A DNA stretch of 60,522 nt, filler included. It is 5 parts of 5 records of this genome, joined end to end, with 100 filler letters (N's around TTAATTAATTAA, not from the genome) between each part and the next. Parts side by side here need not be neighbours in the genome. Positions count along the whole stretch, not along the records: positions 1 to 7,570 come from SRR31156797_5644; positions 7,671 to 36,464 come from SRR31156797_5646; 3 more parts are not named here. One strand, given 5' to 3'. A program made the position numbers and the translations under genes. This document shows positions 1 through 9,766 of the stretch, piece by piece (the first letter of the stretch is position 1; the number at the start of each line of letters is the position of its first letter). Under the pieces are notes generated by a model. That model did not search any database and was not told where the DNA came from. It saw only the letters and a program-made list of their open reading frames with translations.

Positions 1-606
1 CTGGATGCAATTATATCTGCCGGATATGCCGGACAGGAAGGAGGAGCTGCGGTTGCCGATGTTTTGTTTGGAGATTACAATCCGGCAGGACGTTTACCGG
101 TTACGTATTACAAATCGGTTGACCAATTACCGGAATTTGAAAATTATGATATGGAAGGCCGTACTTATAAATATTTTAAAGATGAGCCTCTTTATCCTTT
201 TGGTTACGGTTTAAGCTATACCAGCTTCTCATATGCCAACTTAAAAGTAAAAAAAGAGAGTAAAATTGGAGAGACCATCTCAGTTACCGTAGATGTAACA
301 AACACAGGAGATATGAGGGGCGAAGAAGTGGTGCAGCTATACATAAAAGACATGATCGCATCAACGCCTCGTCCGAAATACCAATTGGAAGGTTTTAAAC
401 GTGTGGCCTTAAAAAAAGGAGAGACAAAAAATGTGGAATTTGAATTATCAGCCCGCCAGTTTTCTATTATTGGCGAAAATGATAAACGTGTTATAGAGCC
501 CGGAGACTTTACAATTTATGTTGGTGGTTCGCAGCCTGAAGGAAAAGGTGCAAATGTTATTGCTGCAAATTTAAAGTTAAAGGGAAAAACAACTAAAATT
601 GAATAA
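1..606 (+). CDS. GH3 beta-glucosidase/xylosidase, C-terminal part with Fn3-like domain (5'-truncated)
   Basis: Frame is open from base 1 (LDAIISAGYAGQEGGAAVADVLFGDYNPAGRLPVT); YPFGYGLSYT and GEEVVQLYI are GH3-C/Fn3 motifs. Confidence 0.92.
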   Translation: MDAIISAGYAGQEGGAAVADVLFGDYNPAGRLPVTYYKSVDQLPEFENYDMEGRTYKYFKDEPLYPFGYGLSYTSFSYANLKVKKESKIGETISVTVDVTNTGDMRGEEVVQLYIKDMIASTPRPKYQLEGFKRVALKKGETKNVEFELSARQFSIIGENDKRVIEPGDFTIYVGGSQPEGKGANVIAANLKLKGKTTKIE

Positions 607-630
607 TCTTGCATTAAAAGAATAATAAAT

Positions 631-660
631 AAAGGTGCCGCAGTATGCAGCGCCTTTTTT
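631..660. terminator. Probable bidirectional intrinsic terminator
   Basis: AAAGGTGCCGCA-gta-TGCAGCGCCTTT(TTT) imperfect stem with A/T tracts, between convergent genes. Confidence 0.7.
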
Positions 661-680
661 ATTACCCTTCGCAGTAATGT

Positions 681-3302
681 TTATCGCCCTAAACGGTACG
701 ATAACTTTACCAAAAATACGTTATGTGGTTTTTCGTCAAATAATTCTTTTATATCCTGCTCAAAATCAAATCTTCCAATATTTTCGTATCCACTCCTGTT
801 TTGCGACCAAACCAGATATAGCATCGATCCCGGACGGTATTCCCATCTTAATACCAGGTTTGACAAAAATTCGCGAACGTTAAAATCAGGATTGTCAAAA
901 CTGTAATCAGTACTGCCATTCATGTTTTCATCAATAAAATAAACTTCATCGTCAGGATTATAACTGATTTGCTCGCTGGAGTACAGGTTAAAACGATCAT
1001 AAACATCATCTGCTTTACTGTCGGTAATGTGTTTGAAATTGGAATAATCTCCTGTAGCAATAAACGGTTGTCCCCAATACTGAATGGTTAAGTCGGGAGT
1101 TATATTGTAATTCACCCGAATAGATGTACTAAATGTTTTTCGGTTGATATTAGCCATTATGTAACGTTTATCATCCGAATAATCTTCCTGGGTTACATAT
1201 TGAAGCATTTGATCCATTACTGAGAATTCAGGAGAGATTTCGATCTGAAGCGATTGCAATGGTCGATACCCAATTTCAAAATCAAGACTTTTACGTGAAT
1301 AATAGTCTTTTTCATTGCTAAACTGCATTCCTCCATCAATTCCTACAGTTAGCTTTTTCTGGCTATTTGAAAATATACCGGTATAAAAACCTATCCTGCC
1401 TGGAATTATTAATGATGATCCGCCTCGTAATGCTGAATTTGATCTGGTTTCACCTCTAATATTAAGGTTCCCAAAAACACGCCAGTAATTTTTAAACTGC
1501 GCATAACCATTAATATTTCCAGCCAGCTGCATTAGGGTTCCGCCAAAGTCATAAACTGTCCATTGGTTTAAATTCAAACTGGCACGTCTGAAAATGGAAA
1601 AGGGTTCGTACCAACGATATCCCATCCAAAAAATCTGCATTGCTTCATCAACCGAAGGCGAGAATCCAACATCGTTAATTTCCAAACCGGGAGACTTCCA
1701 GTTAAAAATTGCTGCATACATTAAGCGGCCTCCAACCTTTCCAATGGTAAATTTTCCACCATATCCATTCAGCGATGTCCGGCTGGAATCAAGTGTTACG
1801 TAATCAGCATCGGGTCTTTGATAGGTTCTTGAATAAAAAGTTTGAGTATTCAGAATCGCCTCCTCGGTTCCTTCAACGCGACTAAAATACATTCCAAAGT
1901 CTACCAGCCAATCTTTGTTGTTCCATTTATGAACAAAGTCAATTCCTCCCGTATACGCATTCTTGTGCAAATATTCAAGATGAGAATCCTTTATGTTACG
2001 ATTTACCGAGGTAAGAATTCCTCCCACGTAGGTATTACCGTCATTAAAGTCTTTTTGTACACGTCCAACAAAATAGTTGGTTAATGGCTCTACAGCCTCC
2101 TCTCGTCCGTTTCCTATGCTCTTTATTTCTGCATTCTCTTGCGAAGTAATACTTTCTAAAACTCCAACCGACCAACCATTTTTGGTTTTTCCGGTAACCT
2201 TTGCTGCTCCTAATATTCTGGTAAAATCTGGTATATCAGCATACTCATTATCTTCCAGGTCGGGTGAATAATGCGGACGTCGTCCAATCCGACGCGAATA
2301 GAACAAGTTGTTTGCTGCCAGATCACCATCTCCAAACGAAAGGCTGTATGATAGTATATTTTTTCCTTCGATAAAGAAGGGGCGTTTTTCTTCAAAAAAA
2401 GTTTCATAAGTCGATAAGTTTACCTCCGATGGATCGGCTTCAACCTGCCCAAAATCAGGGTTGATGGTAAGGTCCATAGTAAGGTAATTGGTCAACCCAA
2501 TTTTGGCATCCAACCCAACATCAAAGCTATTGCTCTTTCCGGTGTTAAGAAAAGGATTATCAGGCTCTTTTTCAAAGCGTTCAGCCCGGGCTACCGTATA
2601 TGGAGTAAAGGCAAGAGTATTTTTGGGTTTAATATTTTTGATGCCATTTAAAGTACCAAACTGAGAGGTGAATCCCGATTGTGCTCGTTTCATCGGTTGC
2701 CAGCACGACAATTCATCAATCCTGAAAATATAACGGAAAACCTGAAATCCCCATACTTGTTCTTCACTCTCCTCGAAACGTAATTGGGTAAGCGGTATTT
2801 TCATTTCGGCATTCCAGCCATTCTTTGTTTTTTTCGATTTGGCCAACCAAATCGGGTCCCAGGTATCATCCTCATTATTTCCATCATCAGAATTCAAAAC
2901 ATCGGATCGTACTCCTGCTGCCGAAACCATAAAACCAAAAGATGTTCTTTTATCGTAATAAGAATCGAAAAACACTGCAACCATATCCCCATCCATTTCA
3001 TCACGCCGGGTCATACGCATGGAAACACTGTCCGGATCATCGAACGAACGGATAGCAACGTATATATTATTGGCATCATATAACAGAGCAAATTCAGTTT
3101 GTTTGGTGGGAGCTATTCCTTCATTCGGTTCATGTTGAATAAAGTCGTTCTGCCAATTGGCATTTTGCCATTCGGTTTCTGCAAAAACACCATCAATGGT
3201 AAGGCTTAAATTTTCGGAAGTGCTGGAGGTATAATTTCTTATTTCCTGTGCAAATACAGAAAAACTAAAAACCAGCATAAAAAGTACAGACGCAATCTTC
3301 AT
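681..3302 (-). CDS. CBM9-like/DUF5916 domain outer-membrane-associated protein
   Basis: Signal peptide; N-terminal IDG..W..EMKIP CBM9-like region; TINPDFGQVEAD and FFEEKRPFF DUF5916-type motifs; terminal beta-strand FLVKLSY. Confidence 0.8.
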   Translation of the reverse strand: MKIASVLFMLVFSFSVFAQEIRNYTSSTSENLSLTIDGVFAETEWQNANWQNDFIQHEPNEGIAPTKQTEFALLYDANNIYVAIRSFDDPDSVSMRMTRRDEMDGDMVAVFFDSYYDKRTSFGFMVSAAGVRSDVLNSDDGNNEDDTWDPIWLAKSKKTKNGWNAEMKIPLTQLRFEESEEQVWGFQVFRYIFRIDELSCWQPMKRAQSGFTSQFGTLNGIKNIKPKNTLAFTPYTVARAERFEKEPDNPFLNTGKSNSFDVGLDAKIGLTNYLTMDLTINPDFGQVEADPSEVNLSTYETFFEEKRPFFIEGKNILSYSLSFGDGDLAANNLFYSRRIGRRPHYSPDLEDNEYADIPDFTRILGAAKVTGKTKNGWSVGVLESITSQENAEIKSIGNGREEAVEPLTNYFVGRVQKDFNDGNTYVGGILTSVNRNIKDSHLEYLHKNAYTGGIDFVHKWNNKDWLVDFGMYFSRVEGTEEAILNTQTFYSRTYQRPDADYVTLDSSRTSLNGYGGKFTIGKVGGRLMYAAIFNWKSPGLEINDVGFSPSVDEAMQIFWMGYRWYEPFSIFRRASLNLNQWTVYDFGGTLMQLAGNINGYAQFKNYWRVFGNLNIRGETRSNSALRGGSSLIIPGRIGFYTGIFSNSQKKLTVGIDGGMQFSNEKDYYSRKSLDFEIGYRPLQSLQIEISPEFSVMDQMLQYVTQEDYSDDKRYIMANINRKTFSTSIRVNYNITPDLTIQYWGQPFIATGDYSNFKHITDSKADDVYDRFNLYSSEQISYNPDDEVYFIDENMNGSTDYSFDNPDFNVREFLSNLVLRWEYRPGSMLYLVWSQNRSGYENIGRFDFEQDIKELFDEKPHNVFLVKLSYRLGR

Positions 3303-3320
3303 TTAAAAAGTTTTTCAATA

Positions 3321-3347
3321 AGACTGTATTTGTTAAAAAGTGTTACA
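3321..3347 (-). promoter_or_regulatory. Putative ECF-sigma promoter
   Basis: Minus strand TGTAAC-N17-GTCT, ending about 18 bp upstream of the 3302 start. Confidence 0.45.
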
Positions 3348-3373
3348 CCATTTGCAATTATTTCTACAAATTT

Positions 3374-4051
3374 TTATTTCCGATAGCTGTAGGCCATATT
3401 AATTTTGTTGGCTCCGATATAAAAGAAACACGCTGCTATGGCCATTAACACATGACTAACCGATAAATAATTAAACCACTGATGTGGAGATATTTTATTC
3501 ATAAAAAATAATGCGGCTAACGCAGCAAATGCAACACCTATTAACATAAACTTACTAGCTTCATTTCTTGTTTTCAAAAAAAGATACCCTTCGAGCGAAA
3601 GAACAACAAACATGAGCCCATAACCTGAATGAAATTCAACAAAAAAGAAATTGAGTGTAATAATTGTTAAGGTAAGAAACGTTAAAAATTCGACAATATT
3701 CACAATGCCAAATGCCTTAACAATCCCGGGTGAAAGACGAATTCGGGTATGTTCAATAGCTGCTCTTTCCACAAACATTATTGAAATCATGCTGGTTATC
3801 CACCCCGGTAGTTTCCAATAAAAACTAAACTGGTACATAAAAGCATGTCCCACAATACCTCCAAGAGTAGTGGCAATTCCCATTACCAAAAAATATATTT
3901 TAAAGTAAGTAAATACCCTCCCGGTTTTATCCGAACGATGTAATTTCCATGCAAACAAAAAACATAAAAAAGCAACCAGTAAATCTGTTAATGTAACTAT
4001 AGGTTCATCAATTCGAATGCCGGCCAGATATATTGTATTTATTTTATCCAT
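3374..4051 (-). CDS. Multi-pass membrane protein (DUF6962-like)
   Basis: About 7 hydrophobic helices; EP...TD, GG..H and C-terminal H motifs. Confidence 0.65.
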   Translation of the reverse strand: MDKINTIYLAGIRIDEPIVTLTDLLVAFLCFLFAWKLHRSDKTGRVFTYFKIYFLVMGIATTLGGIVGHAFMYQFSFYWKLPGWITSMISIMFVERAAIEHTRIRLSPGIVKAFGIVNIVEFLTFLTLTIITLNFFFVEFHSGYGLMFVVLSLEGYLFLKTRNEASKFMLIGVAFAALAALFFMNKISPHQWFNYLSVSHVLMAIAACFFYIGANKINMAYSYRK

Positions 4052-4195
4052 TGGTTAAATGCAATATTACGTGTTTTAATCAGTTTCAACAAACAGCAGA
4101 AATAAGATAGTTTTTATCTGTGCTGAAAGTATTATTCTTTCAAATTATGATTAATTTTAACAAAAATCTAAATCACTAAATTAAAAAGCAAATAT

Positions 4196-6847
4196 ATGTC
4201 TGTCCGATTTCTAACAATTCTTATTTTATTTACTGCAGGATTAGGAACTGTCAATGCCCAACCTCTCATTGAAAAAACCAGTTCGGAAGAACGTATTCAA
4301 TGGTACAACGATTACCTCGGAATGAAAGAAAAATCGCTGTACAAACAAATACCCTGGCAATTTATAGGCCCAACAAATATTAGTGGAAGAATGACTGATG
4401 TTGAGGCAGTTACTCCAAAAGGAAAATCGCACACAATATATGTTGCCGGAGCCTCGGGAGGAATATGGAAAACCGATAACGAAGGAGTTAGCTGGAAACC
4501 TGTATTTGAGCACGGTATGTCAACAGCTTTTGGCGACCTGGCACTCGATCCGCAAAACCAGAATACAATATGGGCAGGAACCGGTGAATGCAATATTTTC
4601 AGAAGTTCTAACGCCGGTGCAGGTATTTATGTATCGAAAGATGCAGGTGATAGCTGGGAATACAAAGGTTTAACCAACACAAATACAATTTCCCGTATTT
4701 TGGTACACCCTAAAAATTCGGATATCGTATACGTAGCCGCTGGAGGTAACGAATGGACCAATAACAAAGAGCGTGGAGTGTATAAAACTTCTGATGGAGG
4801 AACAAGTTGGGAAAAGATTTTGTTTGTGGATGAAATGACAGGGGCTTACGATCTGGTTATGGATCCACGAAATCCGGATATTATTTATGCCAGTATGTGG
4901 CAACGGATTCGTAGAAAGTGGAATGATCCAAGAACAGAACCGGATTATACCGAAACCAGTTTATATAAAACGGTTGATGGTGGAAAAACATGGACACAAA
5001 TTAATAATGGTTTACCCGTACCAGAATATCGGGGAAGAATAGGGGTTGATTTGTGTAAAGCACAACCGGAAACACTTTATGCCTTTGTAGATAACTACGA
5101 AAAACTTGCTGAAGAAAATGAGTTAAATCAAACGTTTGATGCTTACGGTAGGCCAAGCAGTGGCAGAATAAAAGGTGCAAGTATTTTTCGTTCCGATGAC
5201 GGAGGCGAACATTGGAAACAGGTAAGTGAGCAAAATGTCTACATGGAAGGAATGTCAGGCACCTATGGCTGGGTATTTGGACAGATACGGGTTGACCCGA
5301 TAAATCCAGATAAAATTTATGCAATGGGGCTGTACCTCAACGTATCAACCGATGGCGGCAAAACTTTTAAAACAATTGGAGATATGCACATGGATCATCA
5401 TGGTTTATGGATTGACCCGGAAAATACCAATTACCTTGTTAATGTAAATGACGGAGGTGTTGCCATTTCATACGATGGGGAAAATTTCCGTACTTTTTAT
5501 GATGAATTACCCTTAGCACAATTTTATAACGTTGGAATGGATATGGCCGAACCTTTTCATGTTTATGGCTCAATTCAGGATCATTTTAGCTTCCGGGGAA
5601 CTGTTGACCTAAAAAATGGCCGAAACCATATTCCGGCTGTTAAGTTTGAAAGTGCACCAGGAGGCGAGGGGAGCAACCATCTTATCCATCCTAACGATCC
5701 AAACATTGTTTATTCTGCCGGATTTTACGGAACAATTTCCCGCACAGAAATGGACAAAGAAGAAACAAAAATTATTATGCCTGCTACGCCCGAGGGAGAA
5801 GAAAGGTTAAGAGGGCAATGGCTGGCTCCATTTATTCTATCGCCACACAATCCCGGAATTATCTACCATGGAACACAATTTATTCATCGTTCGATGAATG
5901 AAGGCGAAACTTGGCAAAAAATTAGTCCGGATTTAACCTACAACCATCCGGATAAAAAAGGAGATATTCCTTACCAAACGATTTTTTCCATCTCCGAATC
6001 GCCACTAACATTTGGATTAATTTATGCAGGCACAGATGACGGACGTGTTTGGGTAACTAAAAACAGCGGAACTGATTGGAAGGAAATTATAAGCGGACTT
6101 CCTTACCGGAAGTGGGTTTCACATATTGAAGCCTCCCGTTTTTCGGAAGGACAGGTTTATATGACACAAAATGGCAAACGCGACGATGATTTTGCTGCAT
6201 ATATATGGAAGTCTGATAACTATGGCCAAACCTGGCAAAGCATAAAGGCAAATATCCCTTACGGTCCCTGTAATGTTATTCGAGAAGATCCAAAAAATGA
6301 AAACATGTTATACGTAGGAACCGATTATGGTGTTTTTGTATCAACAAACAAAGGTAAAAACTGGGAACCACTGGTTGGTAACCTGCCAACTACCTATGTG
6401 CACGACTTTAATATTCATCCTCGCGATGATATTGCAGTTATAGCCACCCATGGAAGAGGGATGTGGGCACTGGACATGACCATGTTAAGAAAAGTTATTG
6501 CCATTGAAACCACCGATTTGAAAGCTGAAATTTTTGACATCCCTCAGGCAAGATTACCATATAACATGCAATATTACGAACGTACCGTAAAAAAAATGGA
6601 AGCTTCTTATTACCTGAAAGCTGAAGAAAAGATTAATATCAGAATAGCAGACCAGAAAGGCAAAGTGATCTATGAAACAAAAAAGAATTCGCAAAAAGGA
6701 CTAAATTCTTTTGATTGGGGCTTGTTGGATACCGATGGTGAGATTATTGAGCCAGGAGCATATTTGCTTCAATTATCGGGAAAGGATTTTAAGATTGTAA
6801 AAGACTTTAATGTAAAACCATACAACATTCCAATACCTTTGGAATAA
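4196..6847 (+). CDS. Secreted VPS10/sortilin-like BNR-repeat beta-propeller protein
   Basis: Signal peptide; many S/T-x-D-G-G-x-T-W Asp-boxes; ATHGRG motif; C-terminal FlgD-like Ig region. Confidence 0.85.
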   Translation: MSVRFLTILILFTAGLGTVNAQPLIEKTSSEERIQWYNDYLGMKEKSLYKQIPWQFIGPTNISGRMTDVEAVTPKGKSHTIYVAGASGGIWKTDNEGVSWKPVFEHGMSTAFGDLALDPQNQNTIWAGTGECNIFRSSNAGAGIYVSKDAGDSWEYKGLTNTNTISRILVHPKNSDIVYVAAGGNEWTNNKERGVYKTSDGGTSWEKILFVDEMTGAYDLVMDPRNPDIIYASMWQRIRRKWNDPRTEPDYTETSLYKTVDGGKTWTQINNGLPVPEYRGRIGVDLCKAQPETLYAFVDNYEKLAEENELNQTFDAYGRPSSGRIKGASIFRSDDGGEHWKQVSEQNVYMEGMSGTYGWVFGQIRVDPINPDKIYAMGLYLNVSTDGGKTFKTIGDMHMDHHGLWIDPENTNYLVNVNDGGVAISYDGENFRTFYDELPLAQFYNVGMDMAEPFHVYGSIQDHFSFRGTVDLKNGRNHIPAVKFESAPGGEGSNHLIHPNDPNIVYSAGFYGTISRTEMDKEETKIIMPATPEGEERLRGQWLAPFILSPHNPGIIYHGTQFIHRSMNEGETWQKISPDLTYNHPDKKGDIPYQTIFSISESPLTFGLIYAGTDDGRVWVTKNSGTDWKEIISGLPYRKWVSHIEASRFSEGQVYMTQNGKRDDDFAAYIWKSDNYGQTWQSIKANIPYGPCNVIREDPKNENMLYVGTDYGVFVSTNKGKNWEPLVGNLPTTYVHDFNIHPRDDIAVIATHGRGMWALDMTMLRKVIAIETTDLKAEIFDIPQARLPYNMQYYERTVKKMEASYYLKAEEKINIRIADQKGKVIYETKKNSQKGLNSFDWGLLDTDGEIIEPGAYLLQLSGKDFKIVKDFNVKPYNIPIPLE

Positions 6848-6993
6848 TCGTTTTAAAACGCGCATTATTTATTAGGTAAATAATTAATACTTATATCTCT
6901 ATACTCAACAAATATCAAGTTATGTAAAGATTTTCAGAGAAGTAGCTACAATAAAGCCTGAATGTCGCCCCTTACAGGAGAAAATCCATCAGG

Positions 6994-7001
6994 TAAGTTT
7001 G
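6994..7001 (+). promoter_or_regulatory. Bacteroidota sigmaA -7 element
   Basis: TAAGTTTG matches TAnnTTTG, 35 bp before ATG 7037. Confidence 0.45.
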
Positions 7002-7036
7002 CAGAATTTTAGCCTTTAACCAGAAAACAAAAAGAT

Positions 7037-7570
7037 ATGAAACCACGATATAGGAATTATATATGGCTGAATAAATTAAGCTTCATCTTTTTATTCTCTG
7101 TTCTTATGTTTGGTTCCACATGGGCATCTTCATCTAAAATGGTGGTTTATTTAATACCGGGACAAGGAGCTGATTCTCGTTTGTATAAGAATTTACAACT
7201 TGATACCGCATTTTCCGTAAAAAACATCCAATACTCTATTCCCAAGAAAGATTGGAATATGGAGGATTATGCGCGGGAACTGGCTAAACAAATAGATTCA
7301 ACACAATCTTTTGCAATAATAGGAGTATCGCTGGGAGGGATGCTGGCTACTGAAATGGCAGATTTTCTGAATCCGGAAAAAGTAATCGTAATATCCAGTG
7401 CCAAAAACCGCAAAGAGTTTCCTTTTCGTTATCGTTTTCAAAAAACCCTGCCTATATACAAACTCATTCCCGGATTTATAATAAAAACCGGAGCCCGGAT
7501 TTTACAACCAATTGTGGAACCGGATCGTGCAAAAGACAAAGAAACATTTAAAAGTATGCTTCGAAATAAG
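7037..7570 (+). CDS. Alpha/beta hydrolase (3'-truncated at contig end)
   Basis: LIPGQGAD oxyanion region; GVSLGG nucleophile elbow. Confidence 0.8.
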
Positions 7571-7670
7571 NNNNNNNNNNNNNNNNNNNNNNNNNNNNNN
7601 NNNNNNNNNNNNNNTTAATTAATTAANNNNNNNNNNNNNNNNNNNNNNNNNNNNNNNNNNNNNNNNNNNN
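7571..7670. other. Artificial contig spacer
   Basis: N44-TTAATTAATTAA-N44 (stops in all six frames). Confidence 0.99.
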
Positions 7671-7744
7671 TGAGATCTGACCTTAACGGGTTAGCAGCCC
7701 CGAAGGGGATCGCAACCCTGAATAACTCATGTAACCACAGCATT

Positions 7745-8257
7745 TTACTCAACAGAAAATTTCTTCAAAATCTCATCCTCAATCTCAGATTTGATCTCCA
7801 CAACCTCACTGGTATTTTCGTTGGGGATCGTCATGGATAAAACATAATGCCTTATTTTCCATTCACCATTATCATACTTTTCGAGTACGCCAGACCCCCG
7901 GCAGATTTTCATCTGGGTATCCAGCAATTCATCAAACCAGGCTGTTTTTCCATCATCAGAAAAGTAAATATTCCTTTCAACCGCCTTAAAACTCCAGGTT
8001 TTTCCCCTGTCAAAATAGGGCCTTGCCCAAATCTTAAAGCTTTCGATATCCCAATTCTCGGTGGGATCTGTGCCAATAAAAACAGCGCTGTCGGCAAAAT
8101 AGCTGAAGTAGGCATTATAATTGGAATTTGCTGCAGCGGCATGCCAGTCATCCAGTATTTGGTTTATTACTTCGCTTTCCTGTTGTTTGTTGATTTTTGT
8201 GCAGGCGTTATTAAAGATAACAAAGCCAATCAAAAGCAATATCCATAATTGTTTCAT
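7745..8257 (-). CDS. NTF2/SnoaL-like family lipoprotein
   Basis: Probable start MKQLW at 8257; hydrophobic leader then Cys; FIGTDPTENW, WFDELL and CRGSGVL motifs. Confidence 0.8.
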   Translation of the reverse strand: MKQLWILLLIGFVIFNNACTKINKQQESEVINQILDDWHAAAANSNYNAYFSYFADSAVFIGTDPTENWDIESFKIWARPYFDRGKTWSFKAVERNIYFSDDGKTAWFDELLDTQMKICRGSGVLEKYDNGEWKIRHYVLSMTIPNENTSEVVEIKSEIEDEILKKFSVE

Positions 8258-8439
8258 TATTGATAATTTAGTACAGATGAAATTAAACCCTAAAATCAAA
8301 ATTAAGTGTTTTTGTGCGTAATATAAATTCATTACAAAGTGTTTTTTTTTTATCCAAACCACAAAAAGCCATCATCGTGAAATATCAGAACATGTGCTGT
8401 ATATTTTAGCTATTATTCTTAAATTCGTGGGAAAAAATC

Positions 8440-8736
8440 ATGAAAATCGAATACCGAAACTTGTATGTTCATTTCTTGGTTTCACGATCTCCTGATATGC
8501 ATGAAAATGAACTCATAACAATTATTGCAACCAGTTCAGAAAAGTTCATAAATGAGCATAAATTGTCAGTTGGGCAATTTGCATGGCAACAAACAGCGCC
8601 AGCTTTTTCAGTTTCTAAATCTGATGTCAACAAGGTTTGTCAGTATATTTTAAAACAACCAGATCATCATAAGAAAGTTACCTTTGAGGAAGAGTATCAG
8701 AAGTTTATGAGGATATTTCAGAATTTTGAAAAATGA
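8440..8736 (+). mobile_element. IS200/IS605-family (Y1 HUH) transposase, internally deleted
   Basis: FAWQ...AFSVS and YILKQPDHHKK (Y1 catalytic Tyr helix) are present; HUH position reads YVH; only 98 aa. Confidence 0.7.
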
Positions 8737-8747
8737 TAAATCTAAAA

Positions 8748-8909
8748 TAAGGTAAGGTTTACCGGGATTAACGAAAAAATATTTTCTATTAAGGTTTAAA
8801 AAAAGCAATAAGGTTTTGATTAGTTTCCAAGAGCAAATTTTTAAAACCTTATTTTTAAAACCAACCTTCATAGAAAAACAATGACTGTGAAAGGCCAAAC
8901 CTTACCTTA
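8748..8909. repeat. Nested long inverted repeat (REPIN/MITE-like)
   Basis: Perfect 13-bp IR 8748-8760/8897-8909; 15-bp IR with one mismatch 8782-8796/8863-8877; perfect 11-bp IR 8807-8817/8843-8853. Confidence 0.85.
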
Positions 8910-9186
8910 GGTCTTGATTCCCTGACTTCCAGATAAGGTATGGTTGATTTGCATTTGTGAATAAACTATCCCTTGCTGCTTAGCAATGTTTGTGTTGATA
9001 CCCTAAGTTTAAGTACACTAAAAACCAGGGGTATATATAAATATCTCATCAATCAATTGTTTTTTGAAAAGTACGCGAATTAACAAAAAGTATTCTGAAG
9101 AAAGTTTGCGAAATGCCCTGAGGGTTGCGTAAGATACGCCAGTCAAGGGCTTACTCAAAGTCAGCCATTGACTTCTGAAAATCCGG

Positions 9187-9236
9187 ATGACATCTCATGA
9201 CAACTCATGACATCTCCTGATTTGGATATGACATCC
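9187..9236 (+). promoter_or_regulatory. 10-bp-phased ATGACA direct repeats (putative activator site)
   Basis: ATGACATCTC, ATGACAACTC and ATGACATCTC at 9187/9197/9207, plus ATGACATCC at 9228; TAGTTTTG -7 box at 9254-9261. Confidence 0.6.
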
Positions 9237-9307
9237 TTCCATCCATCTCACTGTAGTTTTGCTGCATAATCGTTCACAAAATTGTTTAACCATAAAATTA
9301 CAGTAAA

Positions 9308-9673
9308 ATGAAAACTAAACTTTTTTTCTTCGTAATCGCACTTTTTGCAGCAAGTGCAATGTTCGCTCAAAGTACAACCCCCACAACTTCAGACTGCAGC
9401 AAAAAGTTTCTGAAAGAAATCAAAAAAAATATGAACATGATCAACGTGGTGGATTATGTGAAGGAAGACCACAGAATTTATGTAGTCCTGACGTGCGATG
9501 TTGATGAAAACAAAAATGTTGTTCCGGTAAAGGCTGAGGGTATTAATGAGAAGCTAAATGAGGCTGTGATCCAAAACCTTGAAGATCATCCAATAACATG
9601 TAGCAACCCTTCAACAGGAAAACCATTCACAATTCTGCTCAATTTCAAGCATATATCATGGGAAAGTTTGTGA
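9308..9673 (+). CDS. Small secreted hypothetical protein
   Basis: Signal peptide ending MFA-Q; promoter upstream; 121 aa. Confidence 0.7.
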   Translation: MKTKLFFFVIALFAASAMFAQSTTPTTSDCSKKFLKEIKKNMNMINVVDYVKEDHRIYVVLTCDVDENKNVVPVKAEGINEKLNEAVIQNLEDHPITCSNPSTGKPFTILLNFKHISWESL

Positions 9674-9766
9674 GCAGGCATTTAAAACCTGTCGGTTTCA
9701 GTTCCCGGTTTTGACTATTTTTGTCTTGCCGGGATTTCTTTATTAATAACGGCTTTATACATTTTT

